64,000 bases of DNA from Minutocellus sp. GHC0000111. Lineage: Eukaryota. Numbering within the stretch: the stretch's first letter is position 1; each line of letters opens with the position of its first letter. The position numbers and the translations under genes were made by a program. Shown here piece after piece: positions 60,949 to 64,000 of this stretch. Location of the stretch: assembly GCA_977018835.1 (NCBI GenBank), contig OZ361256.1, positions 2,232,001 through 2,296,000 of the forward strand, in the 5' to 3' direction. The notes beneath the pieces were generated by a model. It did no database searches. It saw only the letters and a list, made by a program, of their open reading frames with translations, and had not been told where the DNA came from.

Positions 60949-62026
60949 TCACCACACTTGCACCGCGGTAGCGACTGGGATGTTCCCATCTTCGGCGGCG
61001 TAGTGATACTGGGCTGTTTGCGCGTTATAGCTCTGTCTAGAATCGTCATAATGAATGGAAGATGTTTGGAATTCTTTTTGACGCTTCTGTTCTTCCTTGT
61101 ACGTAACGCCGTCAAACACACAGAGCAAACCGACCAATGACGCTACAATTGCAAAGACAAACCACAGCGTTGCCCAGAACAAATAACTCATTCCAATGTA
61201 ATCGGCGACGCTATGTGCGTCGGACTCCATAGGCTCTCCATTTACGTAGCCTTGTCCGCCAAACCTGTGAAAAGCAAATGTATTATGGAGAAAAGTTAGT
61301 TGTCAGTGTTGATACCAAGCGAGAACGAAAATACTTGAAAAGAAGGCAATACATGCAAAAGTTTTCAACCTACAGCTCATGAATCGAGTTGATGGCATTG
61401 AAAGCGCAAGTCGCCGAAAGGAATGAATATAGATAGGTGACCAACTTGGCTCGAAGTTGCCAGGCGAGGATGATAATGACTATTCCCATGGTGGTGATGA
61501 TGCCAATGCCGAAGGGATTTCTCACATAAAGGGCGCACGACAACAGCATGGCGATGCCCATACCAATCGACCCAATCGTTGGTCCACGGCGGGTTCTTCG
61601 AAAGAGCAGCAAGATGGAACCAATGAGCGCCGTGCCAACATATCCCGCCGAGGAAACGATTGCCTGCTTCCAATCTGTCCCATCAGTCCAAGTCCATGCC
61701 AAACCAGAACCATCTTCGTAGATGAACAGTTCCTTCACACCTCCACCAACGAGGACTGCACCCATACCATGGCAGGACTCATGGATCCACGTTGAAAATA
61801 TCATGAATGGATAAAGAATGTATCTCAGATAGGGAGTGTTCATAAAGAGAACCATGGCAACAATGCCTACGACCAGCGGTTTGTCACGCTGCATGAATTC
61901 TTTGATGCGTCCATCGTCGCTGTTGCTCGAATGACGGAGAAGATGCTCGTGCTTGTTGTTGTCAACATCCGAGCAAACCTCGGGAGGGGCACACACATCG
62001 TCCGGATTGGCACAAACGAGGCTCAT
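60949..62026 (-). CDS. Peptidase M50B-like membrane metalloprotease (intron 61373-61265)
   Basis: TWIHESCHG, DGSG, SAGY; the spliced frame continues LFGG..SDA. Confidence 0.85.
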
Positions 62027-62273
62027 CGTTGCGTCTACTGACGAGGTTCAAAGTAGTAGAGGAGAACTTCGGTCAATAAATGCCGAGATTTTGGCGACAG
62101 ATCATCGTGATCTTTGAATTCACGCTGGGGCCTTTTCTCAGGCTTAGGCTCATGTACTTTGTTATCCTCTAGTTCACCACAGGAGATCTTCATACATGTA
62201 GGAAAACACTGACGCATTACCTACGTACGTAGCTACGTAGGTCCTTGCTAGCCAGCATTTTTCAACAAGCAAG

Positions 62274-63020
62274 ATGTTGACCGCCGCTACCGCTACCGTT
62301 ACCGCTGCGCTCGCTTTATTGTCAGGCGAAGGACATGCATTCAATGCATCTCCTATTGCCACAAATGTTAGACGTGACACATTTTTGCACGCCACAACGG
62401 ACACTCGGCGGAATTTCATAGCGCAAGCATCCGCTCTCGTTGGTGCGGCTACAATCGCCTCGCCAGCATTTGCCGAGGAGCACGAAATCACAGCATGTGT
62501 GAAACCCGGCGGGGCCAAGGCTGGTGGTGGCGGAGGCACCGAAAAGGGCATCAATTGCGTATCGACCAAGAATATTAAGCAGGTCGATCTGTACAGTCCT
62601 CCATGGACATTTGAAGTTTCTGCCGAGGAGGCATTCGCTCGTCTCAAGGGTGCCATCAGTGCTGAGCGTTCCATGGAGATCAAGGAAATTGATGCCGAGG
62701 ATAAGTACATCAAGTTTGAGGTGTCTCGTGGATTGTCGAGGAATATTGGCGAATTGATCATCAAAGATGCCGATAAGGTTGTGACTTTCAAGGTGGAAGA
62801 GGAGGTCGGCGGTGGCTCCTTTGCTGAACTTGGCGGGGTGAGGAGTGTTTTGGAGACTATCCGTAAGTCATCGGGAGTATTCGAGGTGATGGGAGGCGGT
62901 ATGACAGCAGACTCCTACGGAGATGTTAGCGTGGGTCGTGGTGGCGGAGTCAAAGGCCAGTTGAAGGCATTTTGGGGCCTGCAGTCTGGTTCTGGCTATG
63001 AGGAGGTATTCGATGAGTAA
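62274..63020 (+). CDS. DUF1499 thylakoid-lumen-type protein
   Basis: Signal peptide, twin-Arg TRRNF and AFA cleavage site; NCVST and PW motifs. Confidence 0.75.
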   Translation: MLTAATATVTAALALLSGEGHAFNASPIATNVRRDTFLHATTDTRRNFIAQASALVGAATIASPAFAEEHEITACVKPGGAKAGGGGGTEKGINCVSTKNIKQVDLYSPPWTFEVSAEEAFARLKGAISAERSMEIKEIDAEDKYIKFEVSRGLSRNIGELIIKDADKVVTFKVEEEVGGGSFAELGGVRSVLETIRKSSGVFEVMGGGMTADSYGDVSVGRGGGVKGQLKAFWGLQSGSGYEEVFDE

Positions 63021-63079
63021 TTTAATGATAAATTTCTACGCAGCTGCGTGGCTGTTAGTTCATTTGCTCAACAAGCCCC

Positions 63080-64000
63080 TCATATTCTCGATTGGTACAC
63101 TCCAAGCAATACCAAGAGAAAAGCAAGGCCCACGGCTGAATACCCAATGCTAACCAAAATGAAGAATTGGTCCGGCTGCGACCAAATAAGGCCAAAGACA
63201 AAGTGCAATGCAAAGAAGAAGGCCTGAAGCGAATGCTGGGTCCCACCAAACACTCCACGGCATCTATCGGGGACTGTTTCCTGAATCAGCTGCGATACCG
63301 CCAAATCAAAAGACCACAGGCCAATTCTTGATATTGAAACTCCACACAGAAGCAATGCGAGAGCAACGGTTTGATTTGTCACAAATAAGGAGCCAAACGA
63401 TACACTGAGGCACCCGAAGAAGAATGCAATGCTGAGCATACTGGCTGTGGAGAGGTTGTGCTTTGAAGAGATACACCCAAAGACCTTCGTGCCAAAGATA
63501 CCCACGATGGAAGAAACACCTCGCCATATTCCCAGCGTATGCAGTGACATCCCACGCGAAACGAGATATGCAGTCATTAGCTCGCCGACACTCAGCACAT
63601 TGAGATAGAGCAACGCAAGTGCCAGCCCGCCCGCAGCAATATTTTGCTGAATATAGACGACCAAACCAGCAAAAAAACTGCAGTTCGCACAGTGTCGTTG
63701 CGCCCCATCTTGATTATCGTCTTGAGCTGCTTCATCATTCCAGCCAATCATCAGATCTGGTACCAGTGAGCAAACCTTGGTCAAACAACAATATTCAACA
63801 AAGAAGGAAAGAACATTGATTATTGCGACGGCAATTATTGCCGGCTGTAGGCGCTCTCCCACTGCCATGAGAAAGAAACCCGCTAATGTAGGCGATAGCA
63901 TCTTGGACCCGAGGTCAATCTGCCGTAATGCAATATTGAGCCTTGAAAGATGATTATCGCCACAACCACCTGCAATCACAACTACCCAATCTTTTTCAAT
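63080..64000 (-). CDS. Ferroportin (SLC40/FPN1 family), 5' end outside the window
   Basis: IDLGSKMLSP, LLYLNVLS.G.LMTAYL, SRIGLWSFDLAVSQLIQE.VP. Confidence 0.88.
   Translation of the reverse strand: MEKDWVVVIAGGCGDNHLSRLNIALRQIDLGSKMLSPTLAGFFLMAVGERLQPAIIAVAIINVLSFFVEYCCLTKVCSLVPDLMIGWNDEAAQDDNQDGAQRHCANCSFFAGLVVYIQQNIAAGGLALALLYLNVLSVGELMTAYLVSRGMSLHTLGIWRGVSSIVGIFGTKVFGCISSKHNLSTASMLSIAFFFGCLSVSFGSLFVTNQTVALALLLCGVSISRIGLWSFDLAVSQLIQETVPDRCRGVFGGTQHSLQAFFFALHFVFGLIWSQPDQFFILVSIGYSAVGLAFLLVLLGVYQSRI

Overview
Gene-dense eukaryotic nuclear DNA, most likely from a diatom (short GT-AG introns, bipartite plastid-targeting presequences, delta-carbonic anhydrase, NTT-type nucleotide transporter). 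About 33 protein-coding loci are recognisable: SPFH, F-box, a Cys-rich type I membrane protein, sulfotransferase-like, subtilase, fibrillin, nucleotide-sugar transporter, U2A', aconitase X, FabD, delta-CA, FAD oxidoreductase, GUN4, LPAAT, NTT, M17 aminopeptidase, coronin, CPBP protease, amidohydrolase, DUF1475, FKBP, methyltransferase, metallophosphoesterase, Rad16-like helicase, ankyrin protein, a class C GPCR, ARM protein, M50B peptidase, DUF1499 and ferroportin. Four things stand out. (1) A complex rearrangement at 1.6-10.2 kb: a 2123-bp direct duplication, an inverted/triplicated piece and a split, inverted F-box gene, containing a three-copy 164-bp tRNA-like TG..CA element and a LINE RT relic. 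(2) A class C GPCR whose ectodomain is a bacterial NitT/TauT-type substrate-binding protein. (3) About a third of the genes carry frameshifts, stop codons or internal replacements; some look like consensus errors and some like real decay. (4) A run of plastid carbon/lipid genes at 24-35 kb. All family assignments are by visual motif recognition; no searches were run.
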